DNA of 64,000 bases from Gammaproteobacteria bacterium (GCA_026196615.1 JAPHSW010000144.1:23987-87986); one strand, 5' to 3'; counted from the first letter of the stretch, positions 1-10,162 are shown. Made by a program: numbers and translations. Notes: generated by a model from the letters alone, not told the origin.

Positions 1-2337
1 AATGGAGATATTTCTTCATCGAATACTATTGATTTATCCAAAGTAAAAAATGTTGAGCTTAAAGGTGATTCGAAAATTGAAGCAGTAAATTTAATTAATC
101 TTTCTGATGTTGTTTATACTAATAACAATAAATCTATCACTCTTGATGCAAAAACAGTCAATATCAATAAGTTAGGTGATAATGGGAAAGAGATTAATAA
201 TGTTGTTATTAATTCAAATCAATTGAACATATACAAACAGATTGTCACACAAGGAAATATAAATTTTAATAAAACCAATAATATAAAAGTTTTCGGTAAT
301 GTTAGTTTAAACACTTCTTCTGGCGATGGTTTAATTAATCTAAGTAATAGTAATATTGCAGGAGATAATTTAATAATTGATTCTGGTTTAAATAATGTAT
401 TGATTGGCAAGTCTGATACAAGTTCCTTAAAAATTATTTCAAAAAATACAGATTTATATGGTGATCTTAATACAGATAAGGAATTAGATTTAAGTAATTC
501 AAATTATATAAATGTTCATAATGATTTAACTTTGACTTCTAAAGTTGGAATGATTTCTATGAATTCTATAGTTAATGTCAATAATTTTAATTTAAATCTG
601 GATGCAGATAAGGTTTTATTAGGTTCTTCTTCACAATCAATGCTAGTTAATAAAATCAATTTATCTAGAAAAGGTGGAGTAACCCATCTGTTTGGTTCAG
701 TTGAGGGGATTTCTGATATTGATTTTTCAAATAATGATAAATTGATATTAGAAAATGATATTAAGCTTAGTAGTAAAGGGGGAGTGAAGTTATCAGATAA
801 TATCATTGGTAATCATTCATTATTTTTGTCAAGTGGTGACAAAAACAATACAGGTTATATAAGCTTATCAAATGTGAACTTGAATAATCTTATAGTGGAA
901 AATACAGGTATTACAGAATTAAGTGGTCATCTCAGCTTAATTGACAATGCTGATTTATCGAAATCATCAATAGTGCAGCTAGGGAATGATAGTAAAATCA
1001 ATAGTAAGTCAGGTAATATTTTTCTTGAAACTGATATTTTGGGAAGCAACTATCGATTAGACTTAAATGCTGGTAAAAATATTATTCTTGATGAATTTGA
1101 AGTAGGAGGCCTCTCAGCCAAATCACAAAGACTTGAACTTAATGGAAGGAATGTTTCAATATCAAAAGAACTTGATTTTTCTGAAGCAAAAACAATAGAA
1201 ATAAAAAATGATCTTAAAATTGATGGTGGCTCAGGAGTAATTACTCTTGGTGATATTGTTTTTTCTAATGATTCTGTTGATTTAGAAATAAATGCAAAGA
1301 ACATTCAATTAAACAAAGTTTCTGGTGATAAAAATTATGCGTCTTCAATAAAAATTAATTCTAGAAAATTAAATTTGAATGATAATATAAAAAGTAGTGG
1401 AAATATAAATATCGAAAATAGTGAAATTAAATTAAATGATAATATTTTAATTAATACAGTATATGGAGATATTAATTTAAATAAATCGAATATCACCGGT
1501 TTACAATCAATTTTAGATTTAACAAGTGCATTTGGCTCAATTAGTTTAGGAAAAATTTCAGAAATTTCTGCTCTAAATATCTCAGCTAATAATGTTAATT
1601 TAACAGATTCAGTTTCTACTTTATTTGATCAGGATTATAGAAGGACAGATAAAATCTTTGGAGATAAAATAGATTTGTTCAGTAAATTTGGATCTATTTA
1701 TATAAACTCCGCTTATAGTAATTTTGTAGATGTTACAGTAAATAATAATATCGAAATAAATGGAATAATAAAATCTAATATACCTAATATGAAAAGTCAT
1801 GTATCGATAGAATCATTGAATGGTTCAATTTTGTTGGATAATAATTCTGAGATTTATTCAAACAACATCCTCTTAAACGCTAAATCAGATATTTTATTTG
1901 GTCATTTAATCGGTGATAATATTGAGTTGCGTTCAAAAGAAGGCTCTATTGTTGTAAGCAATTCAAATATTCAAAATATTAAAGGTAATAGAGTTCTTTT
2001 TAGTGCAAAAAAAGATGTTGGTAGCTATTTTGCACCTGTAAAAATAGATGTGAATCATTTGATAATCGAATCAGCACAAACTGCTGTTGTTAATGGTCAA
2101 TTTAATGTTCAAAATATCAACACAAATACTCAATTTGTTTTACCTGAACTTGAATTTCTTGCTTCAGCTAAAAACTACACCTTAAATATGAATGATTTTA
2201 CTATTGTTGATAGTGGCTTATTTATGGATGGAGTTAATTTATTCTCTGTATCAGATGATGCTGTTTTAATTAATGAAGACAATGAAGATCTTTTCTCAAA
2301 TAATGAAGCTGTTTCTAATGATTTGACTATTAACTAA
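1..2337 (+). CDS. 3' part (778 codons) of a large Asn/Ser-rich repeat exoprotein, FHA/giant-adhesin-like; the 5' end lies outside the window
   Basis: Frame 1 is open from base 1, with no stop before the ATG at 223 used by the ORF track. Composition is N/S/I/L/D/K-rich, with no Cys or Trp and very few Pro. Units of the form L-x-S-K-x-G-x-I-x-L recur (LTSKVGMISM, LSSKGGVKLS, NSKSGNIFLE, LRSKEGSIVV), as in beta-helical secreted adhesins. Confidence 0.6.
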   Translation, partial: NGDISSSNTIDLSKVKNVELKGDSKIEAVNLINLSDVVYTNNNKSITLDAKTVNINKLGDNGKEINNVVINSNQLNIYKQIVTQGNINFNKTNNIKVFGNVSLNTSSGDGLINLSNSNIAGDNLIIDSGLNNVLIGKSDTSSLKIISKNTDLYGDLNTDKELDLSNSNYINVHNDLTLTSKVGMISMNSIVNVNNFNLNLDADKVLLGSSSQSMLVNKINLSRKGGVTHLFGSVEGISDIDFSNNDKLILENDIKLSSKGGVKLSDNIIGNHSLFLSSGDKNNTGYISLSNVNLNNLIVENTGITELSGHLSLIDNADLSKSSIVQLGNDSKINSKSGNIFLETDILGSNYRLDLNAGKNIILDEFEVGGLSAKSQRLELNGRNVSISKELDFSEAKTIEIKNDLKIDGGSGVITLGDIVFSNDSVDLEINAKNIQLNKVSGDKNYASSIKINSRKLNLNDNIKSSGNINIENSEIKLNDNILINTVYGDINLNKSNITGLQSILDLTSAFGSISLGKISEISALNISANNVNLTDSVSTLFDQDYRRTDKIFGDKIDLFSKFGSIYINSAYSNFVDVTVNNNIEINGIIKSNIPNMKSHVSIESLNGSILLDNNSEIYSNNILLNAKSDILFGHLIGDNIELRSKEGSIVVSNSNIQNIKGNRVLFSAKKDVGSYFAPVKIDVNHLIIESAQTAVVNGQFNVQNINTNTQFVLPELEFLASAKNYTLNMNDFTIVDSGLFMDGVNLFSVSDDAVLINEDNEDLFSNNEAVSNDLTIN

Positions 2338-2385
2338 AGAATAATTTAAGAACTAATAATAAAAAAAATATTAAGGGAATAACTA

Positions 2386-3216
2386 ATGAAATCTAACCAA
2401 TCATTATTTAAAAAAATTATACCTATAAATAATAATGACCACCTAAAATTAAAAATTTGTGATGTGGTTAATTACAGTTTTGCAAAAACAACAAATGCTT
2501 CTGTATTAACTACGGCTGAGTTTGAAAAGGGCAGTAAAATATATCCAATTCTTTTTATTCGAGATGGAAATGATATTCTTCCTGTCGCTTTGTTTGGGTT
2601 AGAAGATAAACAAAACCTTTTTTTAAAGTGGAATAATCAATGGGATGCGAGTTATATTCCTGCCCATATTAGGCGTTATCCTTTTTCTTTAGCTAATGCT
2701 GATTCAATATCTGAATTTGTTGTTTGTATCGATGAAAAAGCCACCGTACTTGGAAGTTCAGGAGAATTTTCACTATTTTTAAATAATGGGAAACAAAGTG
2801 AATATTTAAGTGAAAAAATACGATTTCTTCAAGAATTACAAATAGAGTATGAAAAAACACTGGTTTTTACTAGAAGAATTGATGAACTTAAACTTTTTGA
2901 ACCGATGAATGCTACGATTAACTTAAATAATGGTGATAACTTATCAATATCAGGCTTTTATACTGTTAACAAAGAGAAGTTTCAACAATTGGATGAACAT
3001 ATTTATAAAGAGTTAGTTATAAATGATGATATGAAATTAATTTATGAACACTATAGTTCTCTTGATAATTTTTCAAAGCTAATTGATGTTATTTCAGAAC
3101 GTAAAGTTGTTTCAAAAAAACGATCAATAAAGCAAAAGAGTGAAGAGCACAAAACTACAACTTCTTCTTTAAATAAAAGAACTAAAACTAAACAAAAAGT
3201 AAGAACTCCTGTTTAA
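2386..3216 (+). CDS. SapC-family protein
   Basis: 276 aa. It contains 'YIPAHIRRYPFSL' preceded by 'YPILFIRDG...LPVALFGL', which matches the SapC-family signature (Y-V/I-P-A-x-x-R-R-Y-P-F). The C-terminal tail is Lys/Thr-rich. Confidence 0.65.
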   Translation: MKSNQSLFKKIIPINNNDHLKLKICDVVNYSFAKTTNASVLTTAEFEKGSKIYPILFIRDGNDILPVALFGLEDKQNLFLKWNNQWDASYIPAHIRRYPFSLANADSISEFVVCIDEKATVLGSSGEFSLFLNNGKQSEYLSEKIRFLQELQIEYEKTLVFTRRIDELKLFEPMNATINLNNGDNLSISGFYTVNKEKFQQLDEHIYKELVINDDMKLIYEHYSSLDNFSKLIDVISERKVVSKKRSIKQKSEEHKTTTSSLNKRTKTKQKVRTPV

Positions 3217-3255
3217 TATTGTTGATATTATTAATTATTAGCCGAAATCATATAT

Positions 3256-5019
3256 ATGAGTGAAATAAAAGAAATTTTATCAAATATTGCTTTAAATCCA
3301 ATTAAAGGTGACAATTTAACAGGAACTGATGTTCGTTATGATGATGAATATGAGTTTGTTGAAGATGAATTATCCAAGCAAGGATCAATGATTGATAGAG
3401 GTCAAATTAATTGGAATAAAGTCATTGATGTTTCAGTAAATATTTTATCAAATAAATCTAAAGATCTTAAAGTTTGTTGCTATTTGACTCGAGCATTATT
3501 CGACACTAAGGGATTACCAGGATTGCAGTTAGGTCTAAATATGAATTATCAATTTCTTACTACTTTTTGGGATGATTTGTTCCCAATAAAAAAAATAGCT
3601 AGAGCTAATTCGTATGAATGGTTAACGAGTCGATTAATTCCTCTTCTTGAAAATATTGAACCTGAACTTGATTCACTAAATGATTTAGAAATATCTTATA
3701 AATGCATTCAGAATATTGAGAAATTTTTGAATGAGAAGCTAATGGAAGATGCACCAGCTTTAGGAAATTTGCGTCGCTTATTATATGATTTAATAGAACC
3801 TTTAAAACGGTTAAAAAAACTGGAAGCTGAACAACAATCTAATCTTGATTTAATGAAAGATAATGATGAAGTTTCCACATTATCTGAAGAGAATATTAAC
3901 TCATCACCACAATTAACCTATAAAAACGTAGACCCTATTGATGATTCAAATTCAAATGATTTAGGTAAAATTAATAATAAAATAATTTCTCAGTCAGAAC
4001 AAAGTGTATTACAAAAAAGTGTAACTAAAGTTAATAGTGTAGTTTCAAATGTTACTTCTGAAAAAGATAAGAACAAGATTATACGCCAATGTCACGAAAT
4101 GCTAAGAAATATATCTTTCTGGTCATTAGAAAACTCATTGGATACTCCTTCTGCCTATGCCATGACTCGATTTTCAACATGGATGTCGGTTGAACAAATT
4201 CCAATACATACAAATAATGTCACACCTTTAAAACCTGTACCAATAGATAAAGTAAATCATTATAACAATCTATTTGCTAGTAAAAAATACTTGGAATTGA
4301 TTCCTTTAGTTGAACAAAGCTTTTCAAGGTCACCGTTTTGGCTTGACGCACACCGACTGGTCTCATCTTCTTTAGATGCACTAGGAATGAGTGATGCTTC
4401 AATACAAGTAAAAGAACATCTAGGTCTTTTTTTACGCCGTTTCCCAAGTGTAATTGATCTTAAGTTTTCAGATGATTCAGGTTTTGCTGATCAGTTAACA
4501 AAACAATGGATTAACTCAGAAGTAATACCTGAAAGTTCTAGTGAGTCAGCTTTTACATCTATGAAAGATGGTGACTCTGATTATGATGAAGTTGTCAGTC
4601 AAGCTTGTGATTTAGTAAAACAGAAAAAATTAAATGAAGCTATAAATCTTTTTAAAAATAAAGTTTCTATTCAGGAAAGTTTTAGAAAAAAAACTTTTTG
4701 GAAGTATCATCTAGCTCGTTTTTGCTATGATAATGGTGAACATAAACTTTCTTTTTTTCTGTTAAAAGAAATAGATGGAATTTTATTGAAAAATAATTTA
4801 AAATGCTGGGAACCAGATTTGGAAAAAAATGTTGTATTCCTTTTGATACAATCTTTAAAAAATACAAATGTAATAAATTTTTTAAAGACTGAAACATCAA
4901 CGTTTTCTGATGATTCTCAGAATTTAGATGAAAAAAGTACGACTTATGACTATAGAGAATACAATCAACTCTATTCTCGTTTATGCCAACTGGATCCCAT
5001 ACTTGCTTTAGAAGTTTAA
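3256..5019 (+). CDS. tssA: Type VI secretion protein TssA (ImpA N-terminal domain)
   Basis: The N-terminus 'NPIKGDNLTGTDVRYDDEYEFVEDEL' is the ImpA_N motif. The gene sits immediately upstream of tssB/tssC. Confidence 0.8.
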   Translation: MSEIKEILSNIALNPIKGDNLTGTDVRYDDEYEFVEDELSKQGSMIDRGQINWNKVIDVSVNILSNKSKDLKVCCYLTRALFDTKGLPGLQLGLNMNYQFLTTFWDDLFPIKKIARANSYEWLTSRLIPLLENIEPELDSLNDLEISYKCIQNIEKFLNEKLMEDAPALGNLRRLLYDLIEPLKRLKKLEAEQQSNLDLMKDNDEVSTLSEENINSSPQLTYKNVDPIDDSNSNDLGKINNKIISQSEQSVLQKSVTKVNSVVSNVTSEKDKNKIIRQCHEMLRNISFWSLENSLDTPSAYAMTRFSTWMSVEQIPIHTNNVTPLKPVPIDKVNHYNNLFASKKYLELIPLVEQSFSRSPFWLDAHRLVSSSLDALGMSDASIQVKEHLGLFLRRFPSVIDLKFSDDSGFADQLTKQWINSEVIPESSSESAFTSMKDGDSDYDEVVSQACDLVKQKKLNEAINLFKNKVSIQESFRKKTFWKYHLARFCYDNGEHKLSFFLLKEIDGILLKNNLKCWEPDLEKNVVFLLIQSLKNTNVINFLKTETSTFSDDSQNLDEKSTTYDYREYNQLYSRLCQLDPILALEV

Positions 5020-5129
5020 TGACTTTCACATGTCATTTGGTGAAGTTTTAGAAGAAGTTTTTAAAAAAGGCTTAACAACCTTTTTAACAGTTATGCTTTC
5101 ATGGCAGAGCCTCACTCAATAACTGTTAT

Positions 5130-5169
5130 TAATGGATTAAGATTAGTTTAACATAATGGATTATAAGGA
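5130..5169 (+). promoter_or_regulatory. tssB leader with a duplicated TAATGGATTA motif plus a GGA-containing SD (candidate CsrA/RsmA target)
   Basis: TAATGGATTA occurs at 5130-5139 and again at 5154-5163. The SD AAGGAAG is at 5166-5172, and the tssB ATG is at 5178. Confidence 0.3.
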
Positions 5170-5177
5170 AGATTATC

Positions 5178-5681
5178 ATGGCCAAAGAAGGCTCAGTAGC
5201 ACCTAAAGAACGTATTAATATTAAATACTCACCTAGTACTGGAGACAGTCAAGAAGATGTTGAATTACCATTTAAAGTAATGGTTATGGGGGATTTTACT
5301 CAGCAAGAAGATGAACGACCTGTCGAAGAGAGAAAACCTATTAACATCAATAAAGATAACTTTAATGAAGTTTTAAGCAAACAAAACTTGACTATAGATC
5401 TTAATGTTTCTGATAAATTATCAGATGAGATATCTGGTGATGAAGATTCTGAAATGGCGATTAATCTTGAATTTAACTCCCTTAAGGATTTTGAACCTGA
5501 AAGTATTGTAAGACAGGTTCCTGAGTTAAATAAACTACTAGAATTGCGTGAAGCTCTTGTGGCTCTAAAAGGTCCTCTGGGAAATGTCCCAGCTTTTAGA
5601 AAAGAAATACAATCTGTTCTTGATGATGAAAGCAAAAAACAGCAACTCATGTCAGAGCTTGATATTACCTCAAATTCTTAA
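5178..5681 (+). CDS. tssB: T6SS contractile sheath small subunit TssB (VipA)
   Basis: 167 aa. 'MAKEGSVAPKERINIKY...VELPFKVMVMGDFT' is the canonical TssB N-terminus. An AAGGAAG Shine-Dalgarno lies 8 nt upstream. Confidence 0.9.
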   Translation: MAKEGSVAPKERINIKYSPSTGDSQEDVELPFKVMVMGDFTQQEDERPVEERKPININKDNFNEVLSKQNLTIDLNVSDKLSDEISGDEDSEMAINLEFNSLKDFEPESIVRQVPELNKLLELREALVALKGPLGNVPAFRKEIQSVLDDESKKQQLMSELDITSNS

Positions 5682-5743
5682 AAAACTAAGAAATAGATAA
5701 AAATTATCCTATTCAAGATGATTTTAAAAGAAAGGAGTCTTTT

Positions 5744-7222
5744 ATGTCTGCCAGTCAAAATACTACGGCCGAAGAACAACAGTTTGAATCAAACTCATTG
5801 CTTGATTCAATTGTCAATCAAACAAAATTAAAACCTGCAGATGAAGGTTATGATGTACAACGAAAGGGTGTTAGTGCATTTATTTCTGAGTTAATTAAAC
5901 CAAAAAATAAAGAAGAGCGAATCAATAAAAATCTTGTTGATAAAATGATTCTTGAACTTGATCAACAGTTGAGTAAACAGCTTGATGAAATTATGCATCA
6001 TAATGAATTTCAAAGTTTGGAATCTTCCTGGCGTGGGTTAAAACTTCTGATTGATAGAACAGATTTTCGTGAGAATATTAAAGTTGAGCTTTTAAGTGTT
6101 TCTAAAGATGATCTCTTAGATGATTTTGAAGATGCCCCTGAGGTTGTGAAGTCAGGTTTGTATAAACAAGTTTATACCTCTGAATTTGGTCAATTCGGTG
6201 GTGAGCCCGTTGGTGTTATGATTTCAAATTATCAATTAAGTCCATCAAGTCCTGATGTAAAACTGATGCAACATGTTTCAAGTGTTGCTTCAATGGCTCA
6301 TGCACCATTTATAGCCAGTGCAGGACCACAATTTTTTGATTTGGATACTTTTGAAGGCCTTCCAAATCTTAAAGATGTAAAATCTATTTTTGAAGGGCCT
6401 AAATATGCAAAATGGAATTCATTTAGAGAGTCTGAAGATTCACGCTATGTCGGCTTAACAATGCCGAGATTTTTACTAAGACCTCCTTATGATTCAGAAG
6501 AAAATCCTGTTAAAGTTTTTAATTATGAAGAAAATGTTTCTAATGATCATGAAGATTATTTATGGGGTAATACTTCTTTTACATTAGGCTCACGTTTAAC
6601 GGACAGTTTTGCAAAATTTCGATGGTGTCCTAATATTATAGGGCCACAAAGTGGTGGTTCGGTTGATGATTTACCTTTGCATCATTTTGAATCAATGGGT
6701 GAAATTGAAACAAAAATTCCGACTGAAATTTTAATTTCAGATAGGAAAGAGTTCGAACTTGCTGATGAAGGTTTTATTCCTCTTACTATGCGTAAAGGAA
6801 CCGATAATGCAGCATTCTTTTCAGCAAATTCAGCTCAAAAAAATAAACGTTTCCCAAATACACCTGAAGGAAAAGAAGCTGAAACAAATTATAAACTTGG
6901 TTCTCAATTACCTTATATGTTTATTATTAATCGTTTGGCGCATTATTTGAAAGTGATACAGCGTGAAAATCTGGGTACATGGAAAGAACGTACTGATTTG
7001 GAACGTGAACTCAATACCTGGATTAGACAGTTTGTTGCTGATCAGGAAAATCCTGCAGAAGAAGTGAGAAGCAGACGGCCTTTACGCTCAGCTAAAGTTG
7101 AAGTGAGTGAAGTGGATGGTGAACCAGGTTGGTATCGTGCTTCTTTACATGTTAGGCCTCACTTTAAATATATGGGCTCTGATTTTACTTTATCTTTAGT
7201 CGGAAAACTGGATAAATCATAG
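5744..7222 (+). CDS. tssC: T6SS contractile sheath large subunit TssC (VipB)
   Basis: 492 aa with conserved TssC blocks ('WRGLKLL', 'MAHAPFIASAGPQFF', 'GWYRASLHVRPHFKYMG'). Confidence 0.9.
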   Translation: MSASQNTTAEEQQFESNSLLDSIVNQTKLKPADEGYDVQRKGVSAFISELIKPKNKEERINKNLVDKMILELDQQLSKQLDEIMHHNEFQSLESSWRGLKLLIDRTDFRENIKVELLSVSKDDLLDDFEDAPEVVKSGLYKQVYTSEFGQFGGEPVGVMISNYQLSPSSPDVKLMQHVSSVASMAHAPFIASAGPQFFDLDTFEGLPNLKDVKSIFEGPKYAKWNSFRESEDSRYVGLTMPRFLLRPPYDSEENPVKVFNYEENVSNDHEDYLWGNTSFTLGSRLTDSFAKFRWCPNIIGPQSGGSVDDLPLHHFESMGEIETKIPTEILISDRKEFELADEGFIPLTMRKGTDNAAFFSANSAQKNKRFPNTPEGKEAETNYKLGSQLPYMFIINRLAHYLKVIQRENLGTWKERTDLERELNTWIRQFVADQENPAEEVRSRRPLRSAKVEVSEVDGEPGWYRASLHVRPHFKYMGSDFTLSLVGKLDKS

Positions 7223-7397
7223 GATTGGTCTCTTAAATCTCTTGCCTTTTACTGATGTATTAAGGATTTTTACTTGTCTTTGATGCATCAGTTCCTCTTT
7301 TTATTTGAACCTGTATAATATTCTTTAGTCTAAGATAAAACTCTTATTCATAATTGAGACTTGGACTTGCTTAATATCAAATTCATTGGAATATTAC

Positions 7398-8027
7398 ATG
7401 CTTAAATACTCTTTATTATTCATTATTACATTCTATAGTGCAGTATCATTCGCACAAATTAATAAAACTCTTGACCAGTTTTATCAATCAACTCAGAGTT
7501 TAGAGGCTGTTTTTGAACAAGTTATTACTAATACTCGTGGGAATGTTATTGAAAAGTCTTCTGGTAACTTGACTTTAAGCCGTCCAGATAAGTTTATTTT
7601 GGAATATATTCAACCTTCTGAACAAAAATACATCTCAAATGGAAAGACAATATGGATTTATGATATTGAATTAGAACAAGTGAGTATTAAGAACATCGAT
7701 GAAGGAGTTGGAGATTCACCAGCTTTACTTTTAAGTAGTAATACCAATATTTATAAACACTATGATGTCAGTGATATCAAAGTAGGAAAGTCTGATGGTT
7801 TGATATGGATTCAGTTGCTTGCAAAAGAGCCAGAAATGACTTTTGAACGTGTTTTATTAGCATTTAAGGGAACAAACCTGATGCAAATGACTATGCATGA
7901 TAGCTTTGGACAGACGACTAATTTAAAATTTTCTGAGATTCAGATCAATAAACCTTTTGCTAATCGACAATTCAATTTTGTGCCACCAGAAGATGTTGAT
8001 ATCATTGGTACTGTTACTGGACAATAA
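7398..8027 (+). CDS. lolA: Outer-membrane lipoprotein carrier LolA
   Basis: A signal peptide '[20 protein letters not shown]' is followed by 'LEAVFEQ...[11 protein letters not shown]' LolA blocks. The gene precedes rarA as in enterics. A TTG at 7386 is an alternative start. Confidence 0.8.
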   Translation: MLKYSLLFIITFYSAVSFAQINKTLDQFYQSTQSLEAVFEQVITNTRGNVIEKSSGNLTLSRPDKFILEYIQPSEQKYISNGKTIWIYDIELEQVSIKNIDEGVGDSPALLLSSNTNIYKHYDVSDIKVGKSDGLIWIQLLAKEPEMTFERVLLAFKGTNLMQMTMHDSFGQTTNLKFSEIQINKPFANRQFNFVPPEDVDIIGTVTGQ

Positions 8028-8028
8028 T

Positions 8029-9405
8029 ATGCATATGGGACAGGGTGATTTACTCGATTCTCAAGATCAGAAAAAATCGAATTCTGGTAAAGTTTTGTCG
8101 CCTTTAGCTGATAGAATGCGGCCAGATTCATTGGATAATTATCTGGGTCAAACTCACTTGTTAGCAGAAGGAAAACCTCTTCGAGTTGCATTACAAAGTG
8201 GTAACCCACACTCAATGATTTTTTGGGGACCACCAGGGGTAGGGAAAACAACTCTTGCAAGACTTATTGCTCACTATGCAGAAGCTCAATTTCTCGCCAT
8301 TTCAGCTGTTCTCTCTGGAGTTAAGGAGATTCGTCAGGCAATAGAGCAAGCACGCCAACATTTTCAGATCTATCAACAAACTACTGTTTTATTCGTGGAT
8401 GAAGTGCATCGATTTAATAAATCACAACAAGATGCATTTTTACCATACATTGAAGATGGTACTATTTTATTTGTGGGTGCAACGACAGAAAACCCTTCAT
8501 TTGAATTGAATAATGCGCTTTTGTCTCGTGCAAGAGTTTATCTACTCAAAGTACTCAGTCAGGATGAATTGCTTTCTCTATTGAATCTTGCATTGGAAGA
8601 TGAACTACGTGGACTTGGTACAGAAAAGCTTACAATTATTGAGGATGATAAGCAGCATTTAGTCATGGCTGCGGATGGAGATGCCAGAAAATTACTGAAT
8701 CTATTAGAAATTTCAGTAGATCTGGCTGAAGTTATTGATGGTATCAATGTAATTACTTCAAATGTCATCACTCAGGTTGTTTCTGGTACTAGTCAGCGTT
8801 TTGATAAAGGTGGCGATTTATTTTATGATCAAATCTCTGCTTTTCATAAATCTGTGCGTGGTTCTTCGCCTGATGGTGCTTTATATTGGATGTCCAGAAT
8901 GATTACAGCAGGCTGTGATCCTTTATATATTGCCAGGCGGCTCTTAGCTATTGCTTCAGAAGATATTGGTAATGCTGATCCTCGTGCGATGCAGATTTCT
9001 TTAAATGCCTGGGATGCTTTTGAGCGGCTTGGACCTAAAGAAGGTAATCGTGCAATTGCTCAAGCCGCAGTTTATTGTGCTCTAGCTCCAAAAAGCAATG
9101 CAGTATATCTGGCTTTTAATGCTTCTATGGAATGTGCCAAAGAATCGGGCTCTTTAGAAGTTCCAGTCCATTTAAGAAATGCACCGACTCAGCTGATGAA
9201 ATCATTAGGGTACGGTGATGAATATCGTTATTCACATAACGAGGCTGAAGCTTTTTCTGCAGGTCAGACCTATCTTCCTCCTGAGTTGTCAGATAGTAAT
9301 GGCCAAGCAATACAGTTTTATTTTCCACAATCTCGTGGCCTTGAAATTAAATTAAAAGAAAAAATAAAATATTTACAATCTCTTGATAATAAGGAAAAAG
9401 AGTAA
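8029..9405 (+). CDS. rarA: Replication-associated recombination protein A (RarA/MgsA AAA+ ATPase)
   Basis: Walker A 'GPPGVGKTT', '[11 protein letters not shown]', and a MgsA C-terminal domain. I chose the ATG at 8029, 1 nt after the lolA stop, instead of the track start at 7957, which overlaps lolA. Confidence 0.85.
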   Translation: MHMGQGDLLDSQDQKKSNSGKVLSPLADRMRPDSLDNYLGQTHLLAEGKPLRVALQSGNPHSMIFWGPPGVGKTTLARLIAHYAEAQFLAISAVLSGVKEIRQAIEQARQHFQIYQQTTVLFVDEVHRFNKSQQDAFLPYIEDGTILFVGATTENPSFELNNALLSRARVYLLKVLSQDELLSLLNLALEDELRGLGTEKLTIIEDDKQHLVMAADGDARKLLNLLEISVDLAEVIDGINVITSNVITQVVSGTSQRFDKGGDLFYDQISAFHKSVRGSSPDGALYWMSRMITAGCDPLYIARRLLAIASEDIGNADPRAMQISLNAWDAFERLGPKEGNRAIAQAAVYCALAPKSNAVYLAFNASMECAKESGSLEVPVHLRNAPTQLMKSLGYGDEYRYSHNEAEAFSAGQTYLPPELSDSNGQAIQFYFPQSRGLEIKLKEKIKYLQSLDNKEKE

Positions 9406-9517
9406 CTATATTATTTAAATAATGCTTATTATTTTTAATTTTACGGAAAACTATTTGGGATGCTGATTTATTAGGAAAATACATACTTATTGATAAAATA
9501 ATTAGGACTATACAATT

Positions 9518-10162
9518 GTGCAAACTGATTTAAAAAGTTATTCAGTTAATGAAGAGATTGCCCATACGGTTACTCATGGTATTGGTATTATCTTGAGCAT
9601 TGTTGGTCTAGTTATCTTAGTAACTTTTTCCAGTTTATATGGTAATGCTTGGCATGTTGTTAGCACAAGTATCTTTGGAGCATCATTAATCATTCTCTAT
9701 ACTGCTTCCACTCTATATCATGGTATTCCCATACCAAAAGCAAAAGCAGTTTTAAAGCAAATCGATCATTCAGCTATTTATTTGCTAATTGCAGGCACAT
9801 ATACCCCTTTTTTATTAGTAAATCTAAATGGAGCATTGGGTTGGAGCTTATTTGCACTTGTATGGACTATTGCAATTTCAGGGATTCTATTAGAAGTTTT
9901 CAGAAAAGATCGCTTTAAAAAATTATCCATTGCTCTATATCTTGGTTTAGGGTGGCTAGTCGTAGCTGCAATAAAACCAATGCTCGACTCAGTTGAGGAG
10001 GGAGGGCTCCTTTTATTATTGATTGGTGGGCTGTTTTATAGTCTAGGTGTTATTTTTTATGTTCGTAAAAAAATGCTCTACCACCATGTCATTTGGCATA
10101 TATTTGTTATGTTTGGGAGTATTTTTCACTATTTTGCTGTTTTATTCTATGTCATCCCTTGA
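9518..10162 (+). CDS. Hemolysin-III / PAQR family membrane protein
   Basis: Seven hydrophobic segments, with 'EEIAHTVTHGIG' and 'DHSAIYLLIAGTYTPF' motifs. GTG start. Confidence 0.8.
   Translation: MQTDLKSYSVNEEIAHTVTHGIGIILSIVGLVILVTFSSLYGNAWHVVSTSIFGASLIILYTASTLYHGIPIPKAKAVLKQIDHSAIYLLIAGTYTPFLLVNLNGALGWSLFALVWTIAISGILLEVFRKDRFKKLSIALYLGLGWLVVAAIKPMLDSVEEGGLLLLLIGGLFYSLGVIFYVRKKMLYHHVIWHIFVMFGSIFHYFAVLFYVIP

Noticed and set aside
219-1304. Three minus-strand ORFs (219-410, 516-806, 1050-1304) lie inside the giant repeat gene.
   Set aside because: They are shadow ORFs antisense to a long, compositionally biased coding frame. Their sequences are low-complexity and have no recognisable motifs or ribosome-binding sites.
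5095-5120. A possible sigma-54 promoter (TGGCAG...) lies upstream of tssB.
   Set aside because: The GG is present, but no GC dinucleotide lies at the required 10-nt spacing (TGGCAGAGCCTCACT).
4682-5650. Antisense ORFs 4682-5029 and 5300-5650 overlap tssA and tssB.
   Set aside because: They lie wholly within well-supported T6SS genes on the other strand. Their composition is typical of the antisense strand of AT-rich coding sequence.
7957-8028. The rarA ORF extends upstream, starting at 7957 in the track.
   Set aside because: The extension overlaps the last 71 nt of lolA and adds a non-conserved hydrophobic peptide. The ATG at 8029, 1 nt after the lolA stop, gives a normal RarA N-terminus.
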